From positions 14,570,001 to 14,634,000 of the forward strand of contig CM114271.1 of the NCBI GenBank assembly GCA_050084515.1: DNA of 64,000 bases, in the 5' to 3' direction. The notes under the pieces were generated by a model. That model worked only from the letters and a program-made list of their open reading frames with translations. It did not search any database and had not been told where the DNA came from. Positions 24,101-38,800 of this stretch are shown here, piece by piece. The stretch comes from Blasia pusilla (lineage: Eukaryota). Position numbers and translations under genes: made by a program. Numbering within the stretch: the first letter of the stretch is position 1; the number at the start of each line of letters is the position of its first letter.

Positions 24101-25346
24101 AGATTCCATCACATGGACGTCAAGAATGCCTTTTTGAATGGAGATCTGTACGAGGAGGTATATATGACTCAACCACCTGGATATGAGCATCCCAAGTTTC
24201 CATTTCGCGTATGTAGGTTGAAGAAAGCTCTATACAGGCTCAAACAAGCTCCAAGAGCTTGGTATGGCAAGATTACATACGTCCTACAAGAGTTGAGTTT
24301 TAGGGTATGTGATTCTGACTTCTCGTTATATGTCTTGAGAGGACAAGATCATACGGTTCTCATTGTGTCATATGTTGACGATCTCCTGATTACTGGGAGT
24401 ACTGAAGAAATTGTACAACAAGTCAAGCTTAACTTACAAGCAGAATTTGATATATATGAAGGACTTGGGAGAAGTCAAGTACTTCCTTAGTATTGAGTTT
24501 ATTAAGGTTGGAGAGAGCATGTGGTTACTACAACGACAATATGCTCTTCATATGCTTTCAAAATATGATATGACGGCTTGTAAGCCAATCTCTACACCGT
24601 TGGACCAGAGCGTGAAGCTAAGAGTGGATGAAGGAGAGTTGCTTGCAGATTCTAATATGTACATGCGCATGGTTGGAAGTTTAATCTATCTAACTATAAC
24701 CAAACCTGATTTGAGTGATGTTGTTGGCCTAGTGAGTCAATTTATGCAAGCATCTCGGAAACCTCACCTTGATGCTGTGAGGAGGATTATGCGGTATGTA
24801 AAATTCTCTATTCAATTCGGGCTTCAATTTGAACTTTCTCCGAGTTTTCAATTACATGGATTTACAGATGTTGATTGGGGAGGAAGCGTGTCCGATCGAC
24901 ACTCCGCCTCTAGTTATTTATTTATTTTGGGAAGCGCAGTTATAAGTTGGGCTTCAAAGAAGCAACCTACATTTGCTTTATCTTCAACAGAGGCCGAGTA
25001 TAGAGGAGCAACCAATGCAGCATGTGAGGCGGTGTGGCTTCATCGATTACTTGTTGAGATTGGTGGTATTAGTAACTTAGGACCTAGTGTAATATATGCA
25101 GAAAATATTAGTATCATCAAGCTTGCTAATAACCTTGTGTTTCATACTCGTACAAAGTATGTTGAGGTGCATTATCATTTTATCAGAGAGAAAGTGTTTG
25201 TAGGAGAAATAGATCTTGTGTACATAGGTACAGATCAACAAATTGCTGACATCTTTACAAAAGCATTGTCGAGAGATAAGTTTGAGATGTTTAGAAATGA
25301 TTTAGGCATTAGAGATATCGATATGAGCTTTAGGGGGGAGTATTGA
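21170..25346 (+). pseudogene. Copia gag-pol (gag, PR, IN, RT, RNase H) with stops and frameshifts
   Basis: Knuckle CNYCGIKGHYAHFC, protease WYIDSCASNHM, integrase YTPQKNGVAERKN, RT HMDVKNAFLNG and YVDDLL, RNase H SSTEAEY...RTKYVEVHYHFIRE. Confidence 0.95.
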
Positions 25347-25646
25347 AGATTGAGTTACAGTCAAGCTCATGAGACACTTGAACTGCTGCATTTGGTACTC
25401 ACACGAAGTAGGGAAGCTAAATCTTGGTTAGTCAATTAAGCGCGATTATTTTAACTAGGGTTAGTTAATCATAATTAGTCTAACTCGAGACTAAGGTTAG
25501 GGTTAGAGTTTCTTGTACATACCCTATATAATTGAGAAGGGGACCAGCCTCCACTCATTCTCTCATTGCAAATTTTGTTCTCCATGGTGGTGTGTATGTG
25601 TGAGAGCCATTTTCCACCACTTATGCTTGTTTAGCAATTTTCCACA
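25341..25646 (+). repeat. Copia 3' LTR
   Basis: Direct repeat of 20347-20652, preceded by the PPT and followed by the TSD. Confidence 0.95.
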
Positions 25647-26289
25647 TCGCCGACCTTGCTTCTTGGGTCCGTGCCAAAGAAGATCAGAACTTCAATTCTA
25701 ATTGCCTTCACTATCCTCTCCACCCCCCTATAGAGAGAACCCAACACAACTAAGGAGCGGAATGGGAACTAGAATTCCGATTTCCTCCTTCCTATCCTCT
25801 CCACCTTCATGTAGAGAAGACCCACAAGTGAAGAGCGCAATGAAAACTAAAGTTCCAATTGCCTTCTCACTTCTTTTCCCTACGCCGCCGCACTATGCCA
25901 CGACGTAGTAGTCAACTGCAATTAAGACGCTCCATTGTTCTCCAACTGAGATAGAATTGGAACTTGAGTTCCAAATCCTCCTTGCTCCCTTCTCACTCCT
26001 GCCGTGCCAATCTCTGCTACGCCATCAAGACGACCACCATGTAGTTGAACCACGCCTTGGCTCAACTATGCTTGAAATGAAACTTGAGTTCCAAATCCCT
26101 TTTGCAGCTCCTTGTCACCCTTGCCGCGCCCCTCAGATGACTCGGCCCTTGCTGCTGAATCAGAACTTCAGTTTCGATTCCAACTTCACCACTCTGCTCC
26201 GAATTGCATCTTGGGAGGGCTCTCATGAATTGGAACTTAAGTTCTCATGCCTCCCTCAACTCCACTAACTCTGTGTAAAGAAATTGATT

Positions 26290-27400
26290 GTTTCAGTTGG
26301 TGCATCACAAGAGGGTATGGCTTGTAGAGTGAGAATGGACTAAAGAGGTGCCTAGACCTTAGTCTCATGTAGTCAGAAAAGGAGCCTACACTTAAGAAGT
26401 AGCCTCTCAAGTAAGGGAAGAGGAGTGGAAAAATGCCAGTCTTAATTATTAACTTAGGATCTATGGATCTACCTTTAGAGTCGGTGAGGAGTTATTCTCT
26501 TGAATTAGCCTCATGACGGAAAAATATACACCCGTTATTGAATATGTCGTTTGATTGTCATCTGCGAACAAGTAAGGAGTATGTGACATCTTGAAGTACA
26601 TTCATTTCTGAATGGTAGGGATCACAGGACATGCTGTGAGAAAGCACACCTTTATTTTGAGAGGCTTTAAGTATGGTATCAATTGCATTCTCGGGAAAAA
26701 TAACTAGTCCAACACAAGGTTCAAGTAGTTCTAATAAACACGTATAGTGGGTATACAATTCATTTATATATTCACGTGAAGAACTTTATGTTATTTATGC
26801 ATATACCTGGAAAATAGGAATATCCAAGATGGGCAGCCAACCTCCTAGAAAAATCATTGTACATAGACTACATGATGTGGTTTTCAAAGAATGTTTTCAA
26901 GCCAGTGCAAACTATCTTTAGCGCTGCCCTACAGCCGGAGGCCTCCTACTAACTTTCGGATGAGTTGCATGAGATATCTCTTGTAAATTTTAAGGCTTAG
27001 TGGTATCTATGTTCCACTTGACTAACAGTGAGTCTATAAGCGGAGTAGGAGCAAAAGACCCCTTATGAAAACCGTTGTACTTCTCCATGATATCGATACG
27101 TGAGTCTACAATAGATAGCATCTGCAAATGTAATGGGTTGGGCTCAAGAATCTCACAAATATAGATGTGTCATGTAGGAGTTATGGGAAGTGCGTGGCTC
27201 ATTGGTAGTACACAGATCACACGAAAAAAATTCATTAGGCCTTGGTACAATAGAAGGGACAAGAAATCCATTGCAGAGAGCATATGGTAGATATTGAGCA
27301 ATAGTTATTGTACTCATTTTGACCCTTGGAGTAGAGTACAAAATTGTACCGCAATAGCCACAACATTGCATCTTAGTTATGAACTTAGAGCATAGAGTAA
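26290..27400 (-). pseudogene. Probable Helitron Rep-region remnant
   Basis: GIFPLLFPYLRGYF...DYMRLRSRHLFSPF (~26295-26440) resembles the FPxLFPxGxG motif upstream of the Helitron HUH Rep core. Cys pairs (CGYCG, CDLC) lie upstream in ORF 27153-27371. Heavily decayed. Confidence 0.45.
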
Positions 27401-30400
27401 TCCATTTAGAAAGAATCTGATTAGCACATAGCGAATGGTATGCGGCAAGTCTCTATGCTAACTTAAGGAATATGTTGTGGTTTGTTGTTGCTCGCTACCT
27501 GCACCTATTTAGACGGCTCTTTGTAAATAGCAAGGACAAATGGTATGTCCTTGAACTCTGTCTTCTTAGATAGGGCAAACTATTTTGTGGTTTAAGGGAA
27601 CGTTCAATGTGTCTAAGCATTACAAGTTTATCAAACAATCTCTTCAATCAATTACAAAAGTTGGAGAAAAACTCATAAAGTACTAAGCTGAAAATGATAA
27701 CGAAGATACACAAATGTAATGCACACTTGTAAATGGAGTTGAACATAATTAGGATTGTACCTTCTTTGTGTGGACTTGAAAGTATAGTACCACTTATTTC
27801 CGCATGATAAGAGACCTCTAGATAAAAATTGTAAATGTATTCCAAAGCTTCTCGGGACCTGGAGGAGTGGTGTTCTTACCTTGCAATGTCTTGCTACTGC
27901 GTCTATGTCTCACCTGTCATGGGAGACATCAAACATACTCTACGTCTGAGACAAATTAAGAGCATGGGAAACAAAGTAACAACTGGCACGTAGGAGATGG
28001 AGAAAATTGAGAACAGAAAAAGTTTGTTGCAGGGCGAGCCTCCTAGTTTAGGTATGGCGGTAGTACTGTAAGTGTGTAGCATGAATGTGCGACGTGAATG
28101 AAGAATAAGGTAACATGTCAAATATTATACTATCCTTCGCACTCCGTCGTATCAGTCAGATCCAATCACACAGTTGGAAAACGCACATGTCAAATTCTAG
28201 GATATCTGGACAGGCCCATTGAGGTAAAAAGAAAACTCGGCATAATGCTCCGCCAAAGCAAGAATCTAAACGGAACCTACATGTAGGAGCCGTAATTATT
28301 CTCTGCGGCCATACTTGCTTGAATCAAAAGCCATATCAATCACTTGGCAAGTTGTAAAGGGGCCTCGAGGTCTGCATACGCTTGGAGCTCGATCCCATGG
28401 ACATATGAAAAGGTCACGATGTCCTTATCTTAGGGTCCAAAATAATTTTCCAATGGACAATGTAGCAAAATCAACTCAATTCTCCATAACTTCTTTGAAT
28501 TATCAAATACTCGAGGTCAACAAGATGCAGGACCATTTATATTTTGGGCGTACACAAATTGGAGAACCCCTACAATCATTACAACCACATTGGGATCAAG
28601 TTTTCAAATTTTAAGGGACGAAAAAAATAATATTTTCAAGTTACCCATTCTAGTCTCCCCTGCACGTGTGAGAGATATTGCCTATTGGAGATATTGGGGT
28701 TTGTATGAATGCTAAGAGTATCCTTGATGTTTGTGATTAGAGAACATAGACATGTGTGGGATGTCCATATTTGTGGGATTTCTATGTTAATGAGACAATA
28801 GACCGGTAGCCGATTTTTTGCACCACGCCGCTTGTTGCTGCACTACACATATCTTAGTCGGAGATAGTGTAGATTGAGTGTCGCATGTTTTACTCCCGAA
28901 TGATTGAGGGATTGCTCGCAAGATTGAGAGTGATCATGTGAGGGGGCGTGAGGGTCATCACGCAAGTATAGTTTGGCAATCCCTACTGATTCATCATTTT
29001 TTTAAAAGTTTGCTTCTTTGTCATACGATTTACCTACTTCTATGGAATTACACATTCATATAAGAAATAATGAACCATAATATATAGAGTTTGTACATAT
29101 GACTATAGAAATGAAATAGGTATATAGTAGGGTAATTGTATGTCAATTGGTGGTTAGTACATCAGATTTATTTTATGACGTCATCCGCAAGTTTTGAAAA
29201 TTTCCATTGGATCGTGCAATATTTTCATTCACGTGGATGTATACTTACTTATTCTCATGTAATCTACTTATTGGTTGTCCTAGTTAAGAAAAGAGGAAAT
29301 CTATGACAAAGTTGGCTAAGGCATATTTTGTGTCTATCCAACCAATTTAGATTTACTTGTTTAAAGTTGTTATTCATAGTATACTTAATTCTTACTCTAA
29401 ACAACTATTGCATACTTAGTTGTTCTCATGCAATCTACCTATTGGTTGAACTAGTTCATCTTTGACATATTTATTAGGTGCTTATTTTTGTGTCTATCCA
29501 ATCAGCCTAGTCATATTTGATGTGAATTCATAGTTAATGATAAGCTTCATTCTTATTGTAAACAACTAGTGGAGGTAAATGAACTGTAGTGTTATTGTAA
29601 AAAATACATATATAATACGAAAAAATGGTAACAAGGGTTTTTTTTTCCCTTCAGTGCCACTTCCTAATTTAGGTTTGACTTTTTTTGGGAGGGAATTGAA
29701 TTTTGGGAGAAGGAGAGTTGTATAATTAATGGAGTGAGGGTTCTTTACAAGGAGGATTGGGGGTTATTGTTAACATGATCATAGTCTCAATATTCAAAAA
29801 GTAAGAGTTAATAAAAAAAACCCCGAACTTTAAAGATGAGTCTTAATTAAATGAGGAAAATATTTTTAAAATCACACATTAGATTTAAACCTACAGTTGG
29901 CTAAGCTTTACTAGTTTCGTTGTAATAATATCAAAGTTTCAAACATAAAGTGGTAAGCAAGCAAGTTAAATCAAATCACATATAAGACCACATTTTGTCT
30001 CTCGACTCCTTCTTGGATATCTACCTTGCTATGGAGTTGGGAATGCCATCAATTTAGAGCAACATACTTGTTTATAAAAGTTTGGGAGCTAATTGTAGAA
30101 CTCATAAATATTGAAGAAGATATGAGGAACTACGACATGGGAGATGGGCAAGGGTAATTTTTTTTCCTTCCTTGAATATTATAACAAACATGCGGCCCCC
30201 GTCTTGTCTTAAAAGGTGGAAATACGTGAAATCAGGAAGTTTTTACAAGTAGAGAATAACAGTGAATTGTTGAGTTTTAAAGGAGGTCGAATATGTGAAT
30301 TGATGTAAGAGTAGTGTACTTTAGTAACGTGAGAAACCAAAAAATGTTTGTGGCCTTGTTGGGAGACAATGTGTTTTTGACGGCATGGTATGGCATTACC

Positions 30401-33126
30401 CACTAGGTAAATTAGTTAAGATGATGACCCATCAGTTTGCTACACAAGGCAAGTATCCTTTGCACGAATTGCATGCAATAATAGTACTGGACTATTATAA
30501 TTCACGTTGAGATAGCCAATAGTTGTACATAGGCATGGACATTTTTGTTGTTGCATGGTTACGATAGACAATGATGAGGGAAAAAATGTTCGTGATATGC
30601 GAAATGTGGAAAAACACTATTGAATAAAGTGTATGGTGCGTGAGCAGTTGATTAGAGTAGTGTTAGGGCATCTCGTAGCTGCAACAAAGTTGAATATTGA
30701 AGACACGTTATATTTTGTTGCATATTTTTTGGGGTTGCACAATGAGTTGCTAAAAATAGGATGTTGTGAAAGTAGGCCGATAATTGTTTCAAGGGGTTGT
30801 GAAATATTTGTGGAAGGATGCGCCAGATTATTTCCCACACACACCGTTATGAGGATAATAATTTTTAATGTCTTGGTGTACAACACAATGCTTTATTCCT
30901 TGGAAGCATTGAGAACATGCACAACCATAGTTTTTCTTGGAAAATAAGTAAGGTGTCTTTGTTGCTGGTCGCATCTTTCCACCACATGCAGCGTCAGCAC
31001 ACACATGAATTATGAGGGCACAAGTATATTTTTGCAACTAATTACAAATCTTGAAACCAAAAAGGAATGAGCATGATTATGATCCGAGAAAAATGCACCC
31101 CTCCAACACCTTCCACATTATTAGACCAAACAATTACTTCCGGATCCTAGTAAGCACACATTGCCGACATCGGGTGCCTCTCAGGAGTCGATGCGCGTAA
31201 GTACCAGAAGAACCCAATTGGTGATGGTAACCAAGAATTGAACGCATGGTCAAGAGGCTAAAGATAATATGATGCACAACAAAGGCGTTCTCCTCCTCCA
31301 CTCTCAAGAGGAAAATTACTTGAATGGCAAGAATAAAGGCTAGCCAATAGAGATAGGAAAGGAAACATGAATGCGCGTGGGAATTGTACACGGAAGTGAT
31401 AATCGGAGAAACCAAGGGATTCCTCCCAGTGACAGTTTTTGTAGCACTAGCGATGCCAACAAGCATTGATAACCAAGACACTAAATCAGGGTGAGATTAT
31501 GGATGGCAGGTCAAGTTGCAAGCAGGTTTTCACCATTGGGCATTGAAGCACGCAAAATGAGTACCAAGATCAATCTTGTTGCTCATCATGAAGATATATC
31601 GGAAAATCATTCGTCAAGAAAAGATAGCCGGCCATTCTGATACAAACATAAATGTGGTGACCAGAAACTTGATACTCCTATTGTAGAGAGGTTTCCTTCT
31701 TGCCGCATGCTTATGTATTTGATGCACTAGGTTCTTATATTATTCCTTAGTGTTAGAAGTTTTTTAGATATCTTGACTCTTAATATTTGGATGTTATTGA
31801 GTTAAAATTCATATATTTCCAAATTTAATTTATAATATTTTCCTTTCATTTTGGAAATTAAACTCAATTAAGGTCCTTATTATTATTATTATTTTCTTTA
31901 AATTTGAAAAAATAATACTACACAGGTTAATAAAAAATTATTTTAATGTATGAGATTATAATATTTTAATTAAATTTCATATTTATAAATTAATTATAAA
32001 ATTTTGTCATTTTTTGGTTATCTCTATCCAAAACATATTCACTTGTAATGCTTATAATGCATATAGAGGGATATAGGACACCGCAAATTCATATGGATCC
32101 GAACGTTTTGTACTAAAGTAAGATTACTTTGTATGACATAATTACACAAATATGAACTCACTTACATAGTAAAATTGGGATTTTGACTAAAACACCTTAA
32201 TAAAGACCTTATGCCTTAGCTCATTAGTTTTCATCCTATTATCGATATGCGAATTCACATATCATAGTGGGATGTACGCTTAATGCTAAAATATAAATAT
32301 AAATATAAATTTATTTATTTATTGTTGATTTTTTTTGTTAGTCACTACTCACTCTTGAAAAAAGCTTCTTTTAAATATGATCTCTTTGTCTTTAATTAGA
32401 AAATCTTGCGAGTAGTCTCTAAAATTAGCAAGGGCTACCATATTCTTTAATGGAATGCTATTTTTAGTTTTTAAGAGACTGTTTACAGCCATTACCTCGA
32501 ATAGAGGCACGTTGCGAATAGCTTAGTCTTAGACAAACATGATAGTGGGGGTCTGGGAAGCAAGTCATGATCTTGGATCAAAGAAGAATCGATCTTAGTG
32601 GAATCATTAAGGCGGAACCAAGACAAAGCCATGAGATGAGTTTTATTGTCGGAAGTAAGGACAAAGCGATTTGCCAAAAGAAGGTTAAGATGGTGGAGAA
32701 ACCCTAAGACCAACAATCAAGACCAAAGGATGGGAAACTACGACAAGGGAACTAAAGGCAAGCCAAAATGGGTAGCAAGCCTTAAGGACACTCTCCCTTC
32801 CACTCCATTCATTACTTGGAACAAGTATTTGACCACATTTCATGTTTGAGCATGTTTGAGGTTATGAGCTAAGATATTATTTGGGAAGTACTTTGAAGAT
32901 GGAAGTTTGAATATAAATATAAGGTGGGAGGCCAATAAGGTGGTTAAAAATCCTAATAGCGAGTCAATATAAGCACATATAATGGCTTGAGGAAGATTTG
33001 TATAATGCACTGAAATGGCAAAGAAGAAGATTCAAGCTTAGAATCGTCTTGATGAAGAACATTGTTATGTCCCAAACTTATCCTTAAAAATCTAAGGATA
33101 AGTTTTTTTACACCTTTTACCCCCTT

Positions 33127-33530
33127 CAATGTATCGATATCCTATATTTTATGGGAGATATGGGTTTTTGTTCCATAGTTTCATCCCACAAGTTGTGGCC
33201 TCAAAGTTTATTGAGTATTTAAGTCCCCCCTTTTTATACTCTTAATGAGTTTTTTAGAATTGTTATTACACACTAAGGAAAAGGGGACTGTGAAATCTTT
33301 AATTACCCCTTTCCTTAGTGTATAAAGAACAATTCTGGATTACCACTTAGCCACTCAATGTATTGATATCCTAAAATTTAGGAATATGCATAACTTATGG
33401 GAGATATGGGTTTTCGTTCCATAATCTCGTCCCATAAGTTGTGACCTCAAAGTTTATTGAGTCTTAAAGTCCTCCCTTTTTATACTCTCAATGAGTTTTC
33501 TAGAATTGTTATTATACACTAAGGAAAAAG
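33127..33530. repeat. Direct duplication (~160-175 bp) with an internal hairpin
   Basis: 33127-33285 matches 33356-33530. AGAATTGTT...CACTAAGGAAA (33256-33282) is inverted at TTTCCTTAGTG...AACAATTCT (33310-33336). Confidence 0.7.
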
Positions 33531-35883
33531 AGTGGTTAAAGACTTCAATGTACTACTTACCCACAAGTTAAAGTTGAGGTAAGTGGTACGATCTAATTAA
33601 AGATCTTCCTAGTCTATACTCAATGGTAGTCAAGCTATGCATTTGTCTCTAGAATAAAGAACTTTATTATGAAATACATCATACAAAATTCTTTGTTGGG
33701 CAACAATATTGTAAAATTTATCTTGCTATACATTCATGTCATTTATGTAGGGGTTATGGCCTAATGAGTATGTTACTTGATCCTTTGCTTGAAAGGCTCT
33801 TAAGAATTTATTCACTAAGGTGAATGGAAGTATTACCAATCTAGTTATTGGCAAATCTATAAAGGAGATATAATCTTTAAGATATCCATTTTTCTAATTT
33901 TACCAAAATACCTCTTTTATGCCATCATAAATTTCTTTTGCAAGGATACATATGTGTGAGTTTAAGTCCTAACCTATTGGTGGGAAATCAATAGAGAGAC
34001 TTCTCATGTACATAACTAGTGTGTGGAAAGTATTGTACTCGCATGCTATACTTATTGTGCAATCAACTATTGATGATATATAGTTGTAGTTAAAATGGAT
34101 TAACGACAAGGATATCTTCATGCTATTTATATATATATAAAGTTGTTTGGGGTTCATTCCCATTGTACATTCAATAAATGTACATGGAGAAATCGTCTAG
34201 TAATACAACATTACAAAGTTGGTATGGAGGATGAGTAAAATAATGCACAATTTTCATTTGTAATATTTTTCCAAAGAATTTTACTCATGTGTCCATAATA
34301 ATGCTTAGATTTTTCATTTCCATCCACGACGTATTTCCAAGAATTTACGTATCAATGTATCCACAAAATTGGGTAGGCTATTATCATAATACAACAAATA
34401 ACGTAAAAGGGAAGCACGTTATTTGTAAATAGAAATATTTACGAATATTTAATTTGTTAGACGTCATTTGTGTGCTCGACCTTTACATGAGGAGAATCGT
34501 TAATCAATGATCTAGATTTAGTGGTTGAAGAAGTCACTTGTATGACATAAGTGATTTCCGAAATTGAGTGTTAATAAGATGACTCAACCCTGTTTTACGT
34601 TAGGGTATGGAGCTTAAACAAGGAAAAGGAATATTTTCACAAGTAAAATAGTAATGGAATTACAATCTTGGTCCTTCTAGCACATTGTTGTATGTTGAAT
34701 CCTCTCTATGTCCAAATTCGATTGAAACTCTACTGTGGGCACAGTCAGACCAAGGCACTTTGTACTTCAATGATCCAATCATGTGTTGTTTTCTTACACC
34801 ATATTGAATAGCTCATTTGGGACTATGGAAGGTCGAAAAAAAAAAAATTTGAATGGATCCCTACCAATACAACAACCACCTCGTCGGAAACATAGAATGG
34901 AATGATTCTTGGGAAAGAATACCAGCTCCAATTTTGAACCCAATGGAATGGAAAATTGACACATGCCACATGGATCATTTCATGATGGCTTTAGGATGAA
35001 TCGTCAGTGTGTAGAGACATAAATCAACATTTCGCATGGTCAGTCTATGCACAAAGGCACATAATTCCAATGTGTACATAAATGTCACAACTCATTTCGA
35101 TTCAGAGCATCGGAGGCACCATGCGAATCCTCAAAGGAACTGGTAAGCAACATCCTACAACGAACCAATAAAACAGACATGAAACCTTTCCCTCGGCAGA
35201 TTCATGGCATCTTCTAGTGGCAGCGACCTGTCTCATAGACTCAATGGTCGGTCTTGTATAACATTCTTTCCCAGTGAAGACTGTCGTAGGAGGCCTCAGT
35301 AAGAAAACACTTTTGGCACAGCTGGGCGGATCACTCACATCAAAGAAATTACAATTCCCAATTCAAAGATATCCTGCTTTCTAAACAACCTTGCGACTAG
35401 AAAAATCTGAAGGTGGCTTGTTTGCAGGCAGACAATTGCTTCTGAAGAAGCCTCCATGTCTAGACTATCCTCAGACAAGCTAGTGTGTACCGAAGCCCTT
35501 CGGGACATCCAAGCCGAAGATGTCAACTTCCAGTGGATCAGAGATTCCATCAACCACATCATGAAAACATCCATTTCACATGCCATCCTGGGTTCTAAAC
35601 ATACTGCTACGGGCACATGCACTGAACGACATGGTCATCTCTAGCGACATTGCTTGCTTTAGCAGTTGCCTCATAGTGATCCTTGAGTGGAATCTGTAGA
35701 TCTAAAATGACACTTGAAACTCTTTCACCGGAGATACTAAGCAAGTATGAAGAGAAACTTTTAATTATTCACAGGCAATGAAGTGCTGCTAAATTGTTTT
35801 GTATCCACAGTGAAAGCAGATTCAAGGAAAATATGACCGATAGATTCATGACATCTAATAGAGGCAGTGAGCACCAATGGACA

Positions 35884-38800
35884 TCATGGACTACCAGACA
35901 GAAGGGCAGGTCCTGTACTCGATGAGGAAGCTGATAAACCCCTTTTGTAGGCAAGGATCGATTCTTTGAGTCTTTTGGCAGAATAAAGACCTCTCTTTCC
36001 AGGATTTGCCTTTGGGGATCCTTCCCCACAAGAGGGGTCGTTGAAAGTGGGCCCCAACTCTTGTGACTTCGATTTCTCTAAACAACTGTTGTAGTTCATG
36101 TCAGTCGCAGTTTGAACATCTGGAGACATGCGTTGCGAGGGCGACTCATAATGCGAAGGAGATGAGTTATTACTTCCCTCAGTCGAAGTTGAAATCTTGT
36201 CTCGGATGCCAGGCCAATCTTTTTTTACATGCTTCAAAATATTGGCCTCAACTCTTGATCCGTTAGACCTTTCTTCACAGGTACTAGTAGCCCTACTGTC
36301 TGCTGCTCGGGACCATGTCGCACAAACATCTTCCAGGCCATTACGCCACTTAATTGCAGCATTTTGCCCCTCACCCCTAGAAATGAACGAAGGATTCATC
36401 TTAAGCTTGCTCCAAGCCTGAGAGAGACGCCGTCCTTGATCACTCGTGTCATCTGCACTTTCTCCACCAGAAGCCTCATATCCATCACTTGTTGCTCGGT
36501 AAAGCCATGATCTCCCTTGGTTAGAAGTGTGATAGAAGTGAGTATCGCCAGAACCTACGTCTGGAGATCCCAAGGCATCAGGAGATTGTGTGGCACTCGT
36601 AGTTGTAGGAAATGCAGTCATGTGATTGCATGATCTTGAGCGGAAAGGACTTCTGGCTTCTGATTGTAGTGGAACAATGGCTTGAGAACCTGCATCCTCG
36701 CCTTGTTCACTTGGCCTCACAACATTGAGACTGGTAGGTATACTCGTAGTGACGAACAAATTCCTGTCTCTTTCGTTCCCCAGTAAAGATCGATCCCTGG
36801 GGATCGCCAGGGAAGTCTCCACTCTCCATCCAACTTTGTGACCACCCGACGCTGTAGTTATCTCAGCGCTACCTTCCATGCTGCTGTCTTCAGTTTCTGT
36901 AATGGCTGTACCTTCTATATACCTCACAGGCCGCAAAATCGTCGAGTTTTCCCGAGCTCTAGTTGCTGCTTTGGTCGCCTCTTTTGAACTTAACCTCGCC
37001 AACTTCCATGGGCTAAGCCCAATGGGACGTTTCTGTTGACCACTAAAACCATCTTTTGCAGGCTTGGAAGATACACCACCATTTTCCAGCTCCACTAATG
37101 AGGGAACTCTGAGTGAAGACCCCTGCAGTCGTTTGAATGAATATAGTAAGTACTTGAGGCACGAGTTGGATTGCAATTCCTTCATACTCAACACTTGATG
37201 TAATGTTCTATAGAGTGAGCCTATCATACAGAGGCATGAGAAACGAATGAGACTTCCAGATAGATCTTTTCGGCCTATAACATTCATGGAAAACTGCAGT
37301 AACTACGTCTAGTCATACTCTACAAATCTCTAACGGATTCCCTGGTCTAACTCCCACATAATCGGTTAGACATTGTGGATCCCTATGATAAAATGGAAGT
37401 AGAGCTCCGTGATTTGAGGAAAGACTTTACACAGATCAGCCTGAACATTGTCCATACATTGTGCGAGATGGGGGGAGAACCATTTTTTGTACACCATAGC
37501 AACCTCAAACGGGAACAATATTCAATAAATCAGCACATGCCAAGACATGGAAGAGAGTGAAAGTACCCGGAGTGTTGTGGCATACTGCATTACCATATCT
37601 CCTTTCATGTTTGGCTGCCATATAAAACAGTCAAAACCTTAATAACGTGGAGCAGTACAACTTTCCAACTGTCAAGTCAGCATTTCAACAAATTTGACAT
37701 TTCATTCTTGGACATTCTTGGACGTGGCCCCAATGATGTATACTCTCCTAGGAATAGTGGGTGGCAAGAAGAGAATGTTTGGTGAAGAGAACCTGATTTT
37801 CCACATCTACAAACATGCGTGGGGGAGTGCACCAGACTGCTCTTTGCAAAGGCCCAATCGAGCTTCCACCACTGACTGCTGTGCCAACAGAGCTGGCTGG
37901 TGAGGATGAGAGACTTCGATTCATCTGTGTTTCGCCAGGCATATCTTGTGCATCTTGCTCACGGATAGCAACAATGTAGTCGTAGGTGGTGATTCCCTGG
38001 AATAGGAGTCACATGAGTACTTCACATGTCATAGGAAGCTGGGAATGGACTACTAGAAATGTCAGAGTACCTTAACAGCTTTGAGGCAAAAAGTCAGCAT
38101 ATCTGGGAATTTTGTCAAAATTCCTGATGGCTGAAGAAAGATAATACATTCTTGGTGGAACAAGGCATGAGGAAGCAATAGAAACATAAGAAGTTTGAAC
38201 GAAAATGATTTAGCTGTACCTTTCTAATAAGGATGAGATGAAAAAAAAGAAGTTGTGTAAGGGGTAAAGTCGCAAGCATTGCAAGAAACGTGCAGAGGCC
38301 CTGCAGTTCAAGAGAGCGTCCAGATTTTAGTCTTATTGAAGAAGTGTAAATGTTTGGAAAGCGCTGTCTTCATGGACTAGGACAGACATTAGTACTTTTA
38401 CCATCCGCACAGAAATAATAGAGATCAACAAACACAAAGAGCACACATAGCAGAATCTGAGCTACTTCTCAAATGAAACACCACTCCAAGAGTAAAGATT
38501 TGGTGCTTTGGCATCAATTGTGAGTTTCTAGTGACTTCAGAAAGTTCTGACTGCCACATAAGGGTTGAGATCATTGCCCTAATTCCAACTTCCAAGGCTT
38601 GCACTCATCTTTCCAACCTAGGATGGTCACACTGAACTGAAGTTGGCGTAGTGCACAAAAGTGCATCTCACCATGGTCCCAAGATCACCTCATGGACTAA
38701 ATCGATTATAAGCCTAGCAAACCAGATCTGCATCTTCAAACTCACTAGTCAATTGAGTCACCAAAATGGGCAAGAATTAAGGATGTGAGTGTAGAATCAA

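Larger units (their letters stand above)
20347..25646 (+). mobile_element. Full-length Ty1/Copia LTR retrotransposon (inactive)
   Basis: 306-bp LTRs at 20347-20652 and 25341-25646, 5-bp TSD TCGCC (20342-46 and 25647-51), tRNA-iMet PBS TGGTATCAGAGC at 20653-20664, PPT AGGGGGGAG at 25332-25340. Confidence 0.97.
19522..26040. repeat. Two tandem copies of a ~620-bp unit rich in GGAACTNGAGTTCC-like motifs; the second copy is split by the Copia insertion
   Basis: 19522-19740 matches 20141-20346, and 19740-20125 matches 25655-26040. Confidence 0.8.

Noticed and set aside
29900-31700. Short ORFs suggesting a decayed coding region
   Set aside because: No motif could be assigned with confidence; probably an old TE remnant.
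37123-37287. N-terminal part of the 467-aa ORF as a separate gene
   Set aside because: It is read-through of intron 8; the real exon starts after the CTGCAG acceptor at 37122.
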